DNA of 64,000 nucleotides, from the IMG/VR virus record IMGVR_UViG_3300021387_000164, positions 1 to 64,000 of that record. One strand, written 5' to 3'. The stretch comes from a virus. Taxonomy: Duplodnaviria; Caudoviricetes. Of the stretch, positions 10,205 to 19,012 are shown one piece after another. Under the pieces are notes generated by a model that saw only the letters and a program-made list of their open reading frames with translations, was not told the origin of the DNA and searched no databases. The position numbers and the translations under genes are program-made. Each line of letters begins with the position of its first letter. Positions within the stretch are counted from its first letter, which is position 1.

Positions 10205-10768
10205 TTAAATTTTTAATTGTTTTTGAATACGCTTTCGTGTCCTTGACAACGTTGACTTTATAGTTCCAGTTGGGATATTTAGCGCGTCGCCGATTTCTTC
10301 AACGGTCATATCTTTATCGTAAAATAACCTGAAAATCTTACGATTGACTTCAGGTAGTTTATCAAATTCGGCTAACAGATCGTCATAAGTAAGATGATTG
10401 ACTATTTCATCTTCTAGTGACCTTGATTTTTCTTCTGGCAGTCTACCATCAGATTCACCAAGAGTTAATTGCCGTTCTCGCATCTTACGAAGATAATCTA
10501 CCGCTGTTCGGTTAGTTATCGTTCTTAGCCAACCACCAAAAGAGTCGTAGGCCTTAAACATCGAGAGTTTATTGTACACTTTTAGAAACACGATGTTCGC
10601 GATGTCTTTCGCTTCGTCCATGTCTCCAATATATCCAAAGAGGATATTCTCTACAAAGCCTTTATACCTGTAGAATAGTGTATTAAAAGCACGCATATCG
10701 CCTGCTTGCGCTTTTTTGATTATCCCAACCTCTTCTGAGGTGATTCTTGGATTCTTGGACATAATCAA
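10205..10768 (-). CDS. ECF (group 4) RNA polymerase sigma factor
   Basis: Region 2 (AQAGDMRAFNTLF...EAKDIANIVFLKVY...FGGWLRTITNRTAVDYLRK) and region 4 HTH (MTVEEIGDALNIPTGTIKSTLSRTRKRI). Confidence 0.93.
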   Translation of the reverse strand: MIMSKNPRITSEEVGIIKKAQAGDMRAFNTLFYRYKGFVENILFGYIGDMDEAKDIANIVFLKVYNKLSMFKAYDSFGGWLRTITNRTAVDYLRKMRERQLTLGESDGRLPEEKSRSLEDEIVNHLTYDDLLAEFDKLPEVNRKIFRLFYDKDMTVEEIGDALNIPTGTIKSTLSRTRKRIQKQLKI

Positions 10769-10862
10769 ACAAAATTAGCCGGTTATTAAGGTGTCACTCC
10801 TGTAACAGACGGTGCTGTATAGTGGGCTGTTGTCATCAAAGACTACCTTTAACAGGACAGCC

Positions 10863-11321
10863 CTAGAAAGGAAGATCTGACGTTTGCTCTAAGAACATTG
10901 CGTGGTCTTCTTTTCTTAATGAATCGATGAGGTTCAGATAAAGTTTGGCGGCGACTTCATTATCTACGATGCCTTGATTTATAAGTTTCTGTAACTTTGA
11001 CTTAAATATTTTTACTCGTACATGGATAGTTGTATATCTCATGTCCGGATACTCTAGTATAAACTTTAAGTTAAACCATTGTATCAAGTCATACAGTTCC
11101 TTATTTGATCGAAGCTTATAGTATAAATCGTCATCAAAATCATCTGGATTTTCTTCATCGAACGGAACAAACAATCTCGTAGAACTACTAATACCACCTG
11201 CGCCTTGATTGTATGCGATACGCAGTTCCTCATAGATAGTTCTGATTTTTGTTTGATCCACGTCTTGCAATAAACCCGCTTCAATATACGGGTCTAAAAA
11301 ATTGGAAAATACGCTTATCAT
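10863..11321 (-). CDS. hypothetical protein (ends DLPF-TAG)
   Basis: 152-aa ORF, ATGA overlap with the upstream gene. Confidence 0.8.
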   Translation of the reverse strand: MISVFSNFLDPYIEAGLLQDVDQTKIRTIYEELRIAYNQGAGGISSSTRLFVPFDEENPDDFDDDLYYKLRSNKELYDLIQWFNLKFILEYPDMRYTTIHVRVKIFKSKLQKLINQGIVDNEVAAKLYLNLIDSLRKEDHAMFLEQTSDLPF

Positions 11322-11821
11322 TTGTTGTTAATGTTTTCTACGCATTTCACGAGGTAGTCGACTAGCTTATTTACATAAGCATACTTCTCCTCTTTTACCC
11401 CATCCTCATCGTCATCTTTCGGTAACTCATCAGAGAGGTATTTTTGGATAATTTCAACTTTACAGTCAAATTGTGATTTTCCAACAGAGCGAGAGATGTT
11501 ATACGTATTTTCTATATACGCAAACTTCTCTGTGAACCATCTCACCCATCCAGAGACCCATTTCCAATAAGACTCATCTTCTTTAGTGAGATCATCCCAG
11601 TTTATACTTTTATCAAACACAAAGTTTCTATAGTATTTAGCAATACCTAGAATTATACGTGTTGTATGCTTTCGCTCATTACTATCGACGTATATCTTTA
11701 TGAAATTAGTATAAGCATGGTCTATCCATCGCTCTTTGGCATGACACCATTTGAGCGCAAAATCAACTACTTTTGGACATCTGTCCCGTAGCATTTCTTT
11801 ATACCCAGTAGATTTTTTCAT
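11318..11821 (-). CDS. hypothetical protein
   Basis: 167-aa ORF. Confidence 0.8.
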   Translation of the reverse strand: MKKSTGYKEMLRDRCPKVVDFALKWCHAKERWIDHAYTNFIKIYVDSNERKHTTRIILGIAKYYRNFVFDKSINWDDLTKEDESYWKWVSGWVRWFTEKFAYIENTYNISRSVGKSQFDCKVEIIQKYLSDELPKDDDEDGVKEEKYAYVNKLVDYLVKCVENINNK

Positions 11822-11837
11822 CTATGTAATGATTTAG

Positions 11838-11908
11838 TTGGATCACCGGGATTTGAACCCAGAATGAAGCGACCAAAATGCTTTGTGTTACCATTACACC
11901 ATGATCCA
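11838..11908 (-). tRNA. tRNA-Gln(UUG)
   Basis: UGGAUCA acceptor, GUGU/ACAC D-stem, loop UU-UUG-GU, T-loop UUCAAAU. Confidence 0.92.
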
Positions 11909-11914
11909 GTAAAC

Positions 11915-12155
11915 CGCCTTTTGTTATTATAGAGGTGTCAGGTAGGCGTAACACTCCTCTTTGTTACGTGGGCATTTGTTTTTATACTGGTGTCGGCAAG
12001 CCCGGTAAGCCATCCAGTTCAGTGGTCCCGGAGGGGATTGAACCCACGACCTCCAGATTATGAGTCTGTTGCTCTAACCAACTGAGCTACAGGACCGAAT
12101 GCACGGCGCATCTGTTTTTAAAGTGGTACCCAAAGCCGTGCCATCCTGCTCCACT
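11915..12155 (-). repeat. three H-type pseudoknot-like units interleaved with tRNAs (11915-11960, 11970-12018, 12101-12155)
   Basis: Covarying P1 (AGAGG/CCUCU, ACUGG/CCAGU, AGUGG/CCACU), shared UAAWAACA linker, loop pairing with downstream sequence. Confidence 0.55.
12023..12096 (-). tRNA. tRNA(CAU), probably Ile2 (lysidine type), otherwise elongator Met
   Basis: Canonical cloverleaf, loop CU-CAU-AA; C4-G69 and C5-G68 fit TilS substrates. Confidence 0.9.
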
Positions 12156-12161
12156 ATAAAA

Positions 12162-12220
12162 GGAGTGAGTGCGGGAGTCGAACCCGCAGAATAAATTCGT
12201 CCAAATTACCCACTCTCCCC
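12162..12220 (-). ncRNA. anticodon-less tRNA-like minihelix
   Basis: GCGGG-UUCGACU-CCCGC T-arm stacked on GGGGAGAGU/ACUCACUCC. Confidence 0.5.
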
Positions 12221-12242
12221 ATTTAGGTAGGGAACACCGACT

Positions 12243-12428
12243 TCACGCAACCTCCTTGAGGCCCGTGTAGTCTGCAATGTTAATATTGCCGGTTAAATTT
12301 TTATATCAAAGCGCTTAATGTGTTTACTTCCACGTGAATCAATACATCTCAGGCCCGGGTTTAGAATAAAATAGTGGACCTGGAGGGTGCGACCCCTCGT
12401 CTTCTCCGCTTACCTCACACACGCTATG
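12243..12428 (-). ncRNA. ssrA: circularly permuted (two-piece) tmRNA
   Basis: Acceptor piece ...GAC-GAGGG-GUCGCA-CCCUC-CAGGUCC-A (ends 12375) precedes the coding piece starting GGGCCUG (12356). G3-U70 and A73 present. Tag ORF 12290-12243 encodes GNINIADYTGLKEVA*. Confidence 0.8.
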
Positions 12429-12964
12429 AATTTCTTATCGCAGATTATTGACAAAACATTGAGTATATGGTTAATACTCATCTGCTGTGTAGAATTCCGT
12501 GATGATCAGTCACAGAATTCGATTTAAGGCCATTTACAGGCTCTCTGACGCGTTTTTAGTGCTTTTGTGGGTAGCTAATCCACTAGAGTACATCAAACGC
12601 TTAGAAAGCGTGTTTCTAGACCTCAATAAAGTTGATACGGTGGACAAATTATTGGCTCTAAGGCTCGAAATAAGGTCGTATCTGCATTCTTGAAACAGGT
12701 ATATATTCTTTCGTTCCCTACTCGAATAGACTCTCTGGTTCAGTATACTTACGTGTTTTTGATCAAAATGCTCCTATATTTTACACCCTAGGCTGGGCGT
12801 CTATCTTCTATCGTGGCTCTAAGGCTCTTGATAATCATGTCAATCCATGCGTCATGTACTGCCTATATTCTGACCCGATCGTCACTCCGAAGGACTTAGG
12901 TACTTTTTATCCACACTGGTTCAAAGACTCTCGTGGACTGAAGATAAATGGCTGTCAACGTGGA

Positions 12965-13480
12965 TTACCACTCGCTCAGACAATAGCGCCACTCGCCCTC
13001 GTAAGAGTTACGAAGCTCGTTAACCTCTTCCGTGTACTTGTGGTTGCTCTCGCGGAACTTCTTGTCGATCTCCTCGTTGAACTTTCGTGTCTCCGACTCA
13101 AACTGAGTGGGTGTGAGACGTTCACCATCAGGAATCTTCTCCTTGGTGGGAACCAGGATTCCATCCTTGATCTCGCATTTGAGACCAATCAGGCGCTCCA
13201 ACAGGCTCTTAGAGCCGTCCAGCTTCTCCTTAGTGATGTCATCCTCGCGGCGACGCTGCTGCAGCTGCAGGCGGGTCTTGCGGTTGAAATACGTTGCGAT
13301 ACACAGAGCACGCTTAGCGTCGCGCTTCTTGCGTTCGTCCTTCTCTTCGGCAATCTCTTTCATCGCGGCCTCTACGGCCTTGTCACCAATGAGATTCTGG
13401 CTGATGATCTCAGCTGCTACGCTACCCTGTCCCTTGTTCTCTTCGGCTGCTGCGCCTTTTCCTTTCTTTGTTTCTGCCAT
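12965..13480 (-). CDS. hypothetical charged coiled-coil protein
   Basis: 171-aa ORF, TATCAAAATG start, biased codons. Confidence 0.85.
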   Translation of the reverse strand: MAETKKGKGAAAEENKGQGSVAAEIISQNLIGDKAVEAAMKEIAEEKDERKKRDAKRALCIATYFNRKTRLQLQQRRREDDITKEKLDGSKSLLERLIGLKCEIKDGILVPTKEKIPDGERLTPTQFESETRKFNEEIDKKFRESNHKYTEEVNELRNSYEGEWRYCLSEW

Positions 13481-13652
13481 TTTGATAATGTTTAAAAGTT
13501 AATAACTAATTGTTTTTATAACTATATACTGGCTCGTCAAACGAACCATTTTTATGCTTTGTTTTACGGTTATATGGAATAGCTTTTGCATGCTTATCCC
13601 TCTTGCCGTAATAGTCTCCCTTATACTGACCGTGGCACATAGTCTATTGGGT

Positions 13653-14162
13653 TCATGCTTTTGTTTTAACAGAAAGATAAACTCGTTCCATTGTGTCAAG
13701 TGCGCGCTCAGAGATCTTATGATGCGCTACTTCACTATAAAGATACCCAGTTTCGCTAAGTATCTCAAGTGCGCTAATCAGTAGCGGATCACCTTTTTGT
13801 CCTTTTTCGACAGCGGCCTTGTGCGCGGTAATGTCATCTACCATCTTAATGATGAGCTGCGTATGATTGGAATCTTTCAATTCTTCACTATAACGATGCT
13901 TAAGGTAGACAAGTGCATTGTCTAATGGGTTGACTGGACTCTCCTGGCCACTTTTGCCTCTGGCAGTGATGCTGATAGCGTCATTTACCAAACTTGTGGC
14001 AATGCCCGTGCTGTCCTTATAGACAACTGTTGTGAGTTCTGGTATAGTGATCCTTTTGTCGACCAAAACCTGAACTAATTGTTCCATGACTGCATTTTCT
14101 GCAATTTCAGGGATATCGATACCATTATATAAGATAATGATACAGTGTTGCTTATTTGACAT
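13653..14162 (-). CDS. hypothetical protein
   Basis: 169-aa ORF overlapping the upstream stop. Confidence 0.8.
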   Translation of the reverse strand: MSNKQHCIIILYNGIDIPEIAENAVMEQLVQVLVDKRITIPELTTVVYKDSTGIATSLVNDAISITARGKSGQESPVNPLDNALVYLKHRYSEELKDSNHTQLIIKMVDDITAHKAAVEKGQKGDPLLISALEILSETGYLYSEVAHHKISERALDTMERVYLSVKTKA

Positions 14163-14691
14163 AACTCTTCTCCTCTTTTAGTTGAACTTTTACTGGTTTT
14201 CCGTCAATTGTGTCGTCGTAAACCTTATAATGAGTAGAAATTATGCCAGCACTGCCAGCTTTTCCGTCTCCTGAGTCCTCCATACTCGTAGGGGAAGTTT
14301 TACCCGTTTGATCATCAGGTGGTAACAGTTTGTAGATGTCAGAATGATTCATAAATTCTTCAACGATGTCTTTCTTCTTTGCAGAACCCGCTCGGCCAAT
14401 TAACACGGTCGTAACGTCGATAATCTGCTTGTCAGACATTGAATAGAACACAGAATCTATAGCCTTTCCATCTTCGGCCAAATCCCGGTATACTACAGCC
14501 TGGTCAGCTGATACAAATGTTGGATTAATCGCATCGACCACTGCAGCCTGAACTAGACTATCTATAGTCTGCTCGATTGCCGGAGTGTCGTTGCTCCACG
14601 GAAAGGTAGTGTTTTTGCAACTCGTCAAACTACCACACACGAGTACAGTTAGCAAGATTAATACTAACGAAACGTTGATAATCTTCTTCAT
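14152..14691 (-). CDS. putative lipoprotein
   Basis: MKK, hydrophobic stretch, then lipobox LTSC. Confidence 0.8.
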   Translation of the reverse strand: MKKIINVSLVLILLTVLVCGSLTSCKNTTFPWSNDTPAIEQTIDSLVQAAVVDAINPTFVSADQAVVYRDLAEDGKAIDSVFYSMSDKQIIDVTTVLIGRAGSAKKKDIVEEFMNHSDIYKLLPPDDQTGKTSPTSMEDSGDGKAGSAGIISTHYKVYDDTIDGKPVKVQLKEEKSYVK

Positions 14692-14759
14692 TTTTGATAA
14701 ATTTTAGAAGTTGAAATTTTGTTATAGCCCAGTCTTTAGGGAAGACTTGGAAAAAACCC

Positions 14760-15065
14760 TTATAAATCAAGATACGTCTTTAATGACATATTTTTTGGCT
14801 TAACTAACCCCCTTATTGTTGCTCCAACCATGAGCAAAGAAAACATTTCCAGTCCGTTTTGTTCTAGATACTGTTGTGTAGCTCTAGTTTCCTCATCACA
14901 ATCGTCTGACGGATCAAATGTGGTTATAACTGCACCAACAAACTTTTCAGGGTTTATTATGCACCTACTTTCTACAAGACGAATGACTATGTCTTCGTTC
15001 TTACCTTGGATTCCTATTTTCTTTTTAGGTGACCAGGTTTCTACTTCGTTAAATACTGTTCTCAT
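14760..15065 (-). CDS. hypothetical protein (start revised to MRTVFNEV)
   Basis: The longer track ORF would overlap two tRNAs; ATG at 15065 has an A-rich leader. Confidence 0.7.
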   Translation of the reverse strand: MRTVFNEVETWSPKKKIGIQGKNEDIVIRLVESRCIINPEKFVGAVITTFDPSDDCDEETRATQQYLEQNGLEMFSLLMVGATIRGLVKPKNMSLKTYLDL

Positions 15066-15086
15066 ATTGATTATGTTAAAAATTTG

Positions 15087-15157
15087 TAGCCTCACAGAGA
15101 GTCGGACTCTGCTTCTAATATCGAAAATATTATGTCCTGCCGATAGACGATGAGGCC
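15087..15157 (-). tRNA. tRNA-Glu(UUC), T-loop UCCGACU
   Basis: GGCCUCA/UGAGGCU acceptor, loop UU-UUC-GA. Confidence 0.8.
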
Positions 15158-15238
15158 GTAAATCCCCTACAGATCCCATTGGCAACTCGGGACACCTCCA
15201 AACCACGACGCACGACACACGTCCCTCGGGGATTATTG

Positions 15239-15311
15239 TGCTTCTTACAGGATTCAAACCTGTGACCTCCGGCTTATCGAGCCGGTGCTCTAATCGCTGA
15301 GCTAAAGAAGC
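15239..15311 (-). tRNA. tRNA-Ile(GAU) with C33 and T-loop UUUGAAU
   Basis: Cloverleaf; anticodon arm CCGGC-UCGAUAA-GCCGG. Confidence 0.8.
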
Positions 15312-15319
15312 GATGGGCA

Positions 15320-16260
15320 AATTGTGCACAGCCCATCATCATACCGTTCTAGTCATCTGTAGCGCCGGGTCATCGCCCATTAAGACGCTTCTTGTACTAC
15401 CCCATTTCGTAGACAGAACAATATGAATACCATATAGTTTGCAGTTCACCCGTTTTAAGTCTTCTTGGAACTGCGTAAAGGTTACAGACTATGTATATTG
15501 ATTTTAAGAAACATGACCGATAAAAAATGCTTGCGCCTTGTTTCACAACAAGAATCTTTTTCTAACTATGACGAATCTAAGTATTATAATAACACAAATG
15601 AAAACCACACAATTATTTACGCAAGCACCATGTCTCACGACATGTAAATCACATTATTAATTGTTTAAAATAATAGATGTAGTAGTTCCCACAGTTGTCT
15701 TCGCGACTACGTCTCGTATATGCAGCGTATAAATACCTGGGATACGTCTCGCACTGTGGGAGAAGGTTTTTCGCACCTACAACTCATGCCGGATTACTTG
15801 TAGACCGCTATCTGAGGCACAGCGGTGAGTATATACTCTCCAGTGTCAGCTTCTTTTTAAGTCTCCTCTGACCACGACTCGATAGATAGGATGGTTCGGA
15901 CGCTCCATCTACTCCTGCTATCTACCTCATTAAAATTGTACCGACTAGCATCCGGTTCTAGAATCCGTCACGGTACTGTAGGGTCAACTAGCACCCCCTT
16001 TGTTCGATTGATGTTTTTAAGGTGAATATTCGACAAATCACATTTCGCCTCCATCTCTCATACGTTGTTCCTATCGAGATGTGACTACGCGCAACGTATA
16101 CGCTTGCACCCTCTCTGCATTCTCCAACTAGGCCGACTCCCCGCAGGGATTTTGTTATTAGTTGGTTGTCTGGACTTGAGGTTTCCAGATCTCAGCTGCA
16201 TTCTATGCATATAAAAGGTGAATGCTACGATTCTCACGAACAGTAGCATTCTAAAAAAGC
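15320..16260 (-). ncRNA. ORF-poor structured region, candidate ncRNA(s)
   Basis: Multiple stems (for example CCCACAGT/ACTGTGGG 15688-15760) and motifs shared with 5450-7810. Confidence 0.4.
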
Positions 16261-16272
16261 AATAGCAAAATA

Positions 16273-16500
16273 TTACACCTTTTTCAATATTATGTTGTCG
16301 ATGGCGCATTGCAGACGTGGAAATCCGTTACGTCCGTCAACGACATTTGGACACAATACAATATCATTTAACGCACATCCGAAGCATCCGTTGGTGCGTT
16401 TCTTGGCACGATACACAACATCGTTAATTGTGCATAATTGCCCAGGCTTAAGTTTTATCTGCCTGTGTCTTCTAGATACTATATTTTTACTCATTTGCAA
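16273..16500 (-). CDS. small Cys-rich protein, paralog family member 1
   Basis: KPGQLCTINDVVYRAKK...CFGC...C...C. Confidence 0.75.
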   Translation of the reverse strand: MQMSKNIVSRRHRQIKLKPGQLCTINDVVYRAKKRTNGCFGCALNDIVLCPNVVDGRNGFPRLQCAIDNIILKKV

Positions 16501-16636
16501 TTCTTTAAAAAAAGCAAAGCAAACACTATGACTAACCCTATCCAGAATCCGGGTGGCAACTTTTCATCTGGTTTTTTCATATAAAGTTTAATCATTTATG
16601 TACTTTGATAGTTATAAACTCGCCTAGGACTGCCCC

Positions 16637-16858
16637 CTAGGACTTGGGCTTAATTTCTTTGAGGTAACAATCGCGCGGAATTAAACTTGGGACTCCATCT
16701 ATGCACTCGTTACATGGATACTCGTCACCTTCCTTTAATTTAAATTCGCAGAATATACAAGAACCATTGTTGTGTTTTGTAACTCTATACCGTTTACCTT
16801 CTATTGTCACACACTGACCTGCTTTCCACTTTGTAGCGGGCTTTTCTATTGTGCACAT
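16637..16858 (-). CDS. small Cys-rich protein, paralog family member 2 (TAG stop)
   Basis: KAGQCVTIEGKRYRVTK...CIFC...CNEC...C; start revised to MCTIEK. Confidence 0.75.
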   Translation of the reverse strand: MCTIEKPATKWKAGQCVTIEGKRYRVTKHNNGSCIFCEFKLKEGDEYPCNECIDGVPSLIPRDCYLKEIKPKS

Positions 16859-16871
16859 TGTAGTTTTACAA

Positions 16872-17099
16872 TTACTTGAATTTAACCCATGTACATGAAC
16901 AGATACCACCAATATTCTTGATAGCTTGTTCAATAGCATCAACCAGAACGTCGCATTGTGCTTGTGTTAAGCCGTATGCGATTTGTAGAGTAGCGGTGCC
17001 TGACTTAGCGAATAGTCTGCGCTTGTCGTTACCTCTGGCATCCACACGCTTCGTTTTGGGCTGTAATGGATGCTGCTGATTCATTTCTTTTACTGCCAT
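16872..17099 (-). CDS. hypothetical protein
   Basis: 75-aa ORF in an operon-like run. Confidence 0.7.
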   Translation of the reverse strand: MAVKEMNQQHPLQPKTKRVDARGNDKRRLFAKSGTATLQIAYGLTQAQCDVLVDAIEQAIKNIGGICSCTWVKFK

Positions 17100-17101
17100 A
17101 G

Positions 17102-17248
17102 CTATTCCATAGGTTTTAAAAGATTGTACACTCTGTTCAGCATGACGATCACCTCTTCAAGATGTCGACAAAGCTCTTTTACTTTTGTACCGTAGTAGAC
17201 TACCAATATGAGTATAGTCAAAACTACAATAAAACTTGCTGTTTGCAT
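17102..17248 (-). CDS. small membrane peptide (48 aa, TAG stop)
   Basis: MQTASFIVVLTILILVVYYG...; fills the gap exactly and ends GAA TAG CT ATG. Confidence 0.6.
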   Translation of the reverse strand: MQTASFIVVLTILILVVYYGTKVKELCRHLEEVIVMLNRVYNLLKPME

Positions 17249-17250
17249 AT

Positions 17251-17543
17251 TCATCTAAATTGAATTGTTGCAGATTCAGAATCGTAAGGCCTGTTTGGTA
17301 GTGCTTTCCAAAACATTTGATATGCCTTATCTATATTCTCACAAGAATCACCAAACTTACGTTTTAAGGCGTCTGCGAGAATTCCCTTGAGAGCTTTTTC
17401 TGGCTGATATTCCAAATCTAACCAGAGTTCTTTCTTACAAGAATATGGACCAATTTCTACGTTAAATACAGTGTAAATAACTACTCTTTTGCGGCCATCG
17501 GTTAGCACGTAGGGCAGCTTTTTTACAACACGTTCTTTAAAAG
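17251..17543 (-). CDS. hypothetical protein (start approximate, probably MKVLSIT)
   Basis: 3' part of track ORF 17251..17631. Confidence 0.65.
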
Positions 17544-17558
17544 TAATCGATAATACCT

Positions 17559-17792
17559 TCATCTTGTCATACGCTTTAAGTAGTACTGAACAAATACACC
17601 TTTCCTGTAACGCAAGTGTCTTCGGTAACAATATTTACTGCACAGATGACCTGGAGCTGAAGACTGGTCAATTGTTGCCAAATCACATAAATGGCACACA
17701 CCAATCATTCTTTTCTTTGGCTTCGAAATGCGATACCGTTCACCCCTGATTGTAACAATCTGACCGGGTTTATAGCATTTTTCTTTTTTCAT
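17559..17792 (-). CDS. small Cys-rich protein, paralog family member 3
   Basis: KPGQIVTIRGERYRISK...CHLC...CSKYC. Confidence 0.75.
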   Translation of the reverse strand: MKKEKCYKPGQIVTIRGERYRISKPKKRMIGVCHLCDLATIDQSSAPGHLCSKYCYRRHLRYRKGVFVQYYLKRMTR

Positions 17793-18144
17793 TGTATTTC
17801 TTTTTAATCCAACGAATAGCTATAGATACAGCTTGGCGTTTCGCAGTATATATGTTACTAGTGAGTTTAGACTCACCAATATATATGCGTCCGTTCCAAC
17901 CATCCCTTAGGTTGCACTGTTTAACAGACATTCTGTAAAGAATTTTGTTAGATACAGGGTCTACAAAAGGTTCAATAGTGTTATAAATAACAATATTGTA
18001 CTTTCTGCGTAACCAATCGATAGCATCATCTACAGTCGCAATATGGCCAACATTTGGTACGTATGTAACATACCCATAGTAACCATATTTTGCTAATGCA
18101 CTCGCTTGATTGATCGTCAATAGAGATTGTCTAAATTTACTCAT
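17770..18144 (-). CDS. hypothetical protein (start probably MSKFRQ)
   Basis: ORF overlapping the next start. Confidence 0.7.
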   Translation of the reverse strand: MSKFRQSLLTINQASALAKYGYYGYVTYVPNVGHIATVDDAIDWLRRKYNIVIYNTIEPFVDPVSNKILYRMSVKQCNLRDGWNGRIYIGESKLTSNIYTAKRQAVSIAIRWIKKKYNEKRKML

Positions 18145-18248
18145 AACCTTGTAATAATGCTGATAAAAACAACATACCCAATACGAATGCAATAAAGAAT
18201 AGTCCTATGAAGAAGCTTTTTATTTCCTCTATATCTTTCTCATCGAGG

Positions 18249-18656
18249 TTAAGCTTCGCTGCTATTCTTTTCAGCCAGCTTCTTCTTGCGTACTTCATCA
18301 CGGAAATTCTTTTTACATTCTTTAGAGCACCATACAGCCTCCTTTATCACGTGCATGAATTTCTTACCGCAGTAACGGCATGTGCACTCAAATTTAGGCT
18401 GATAATGTACAAAAGCCAGAGCTTTGTTCTCATAGTGACGAGCATTCTTGATGCATGCAGGCTTTAAGTCAGCGGCCATGAATGCTGTTTTAGCATCGTC
18501 AAGATGCTTGTTCAACACGATAATGTATTTCTTTTCTGGCATGCCTGTTTTGGCATTTGCAGGATAAGAAACAAGTACGTGTTCAATTTTGAAGTCTTTA
18601 AGTGCAGCTACTGCACGAGTGACTTCATCTTCAAAAAAATTGATTTTCTTTGCCAT
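18249..18656 (-). CDS. protein with C-terminal Zn finger (CxxC...CxxxC)
   Basis: CRYCGKKF...WCSKEC, a treble-clef-like pattern. Confidence 0.8.
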   Translation of the reverse strand: MAKKINFFEDEVTRAVAALKDFKIEHVLVSYPANAKTGMPEKKYIIVLNKHLDDAKTAFMAADLKPACIKNARHYENKALAFVHYQPKFECTCRYCGKKFMHVIKEAVWCSKECKKNFRDEVRKKKLAEKNSSEA

Positions 18657-18679
18657 TTTTAAATGTTTTGATCATTATT

Positions 18680-18737
18680 AATACCGACCGTCGTTACCTA
18701 GGTTTCGTCTTAATCTTCCAAGACTCATCAGGGTATT
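18680..18737 (-). ncRNA. hammerhead ribozyme, type I
   Basis: AAUACC-CUGAUGA-GUCUU(GGAAGAUU)AAGAC-GAAA-CC...GGUC^GGUAUU; complete core with GUC site. Confidence 0.88.
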
Positions 18738-19012
18738 TTTACAGAGTGAGGCAGAGCTAATGCTCCGCCCCACCTGCTCATTTTGCAGGATATACGCCTG
18801 TAGGAGCGCATTGTGTAATCATTTGTTGGCGTTGACTAGATACTTCCATATCGTTGTCAATAATGATTGGCCTGCTTTCAGGGAAGAATTCATCCATATA
18901 TATAATATTAAGTGAATTCAGTTTTGTGGCTCATTACTGTTTCGCATAGCCATAAATAGCATAAATATAGCATATGTTACTCCAAATACAAATTGTAGAT
19001 AATGTATTATCA

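Noticed and set aside
12162-12356. Conventional one-piece tmRNA ending at the 12162-12187 T-arm
   Set aside because: That 3' strand (ACUCACU) cannot pair with GGGCCUG, whereas the upstream CAGGUCC pairs fully
12854-13502. Long antisense ORFs here and at 8585-9650, 46668-47105 and 51137-51796
   Set aside because: Shadows of strongly codon-biased genes on the opposite strand
15066-15329. N-terminal extension of ORF 14760..15329
   Set aside because: It overlaps tRNA-Glu and tRNA-Ile; a better start is at 15065
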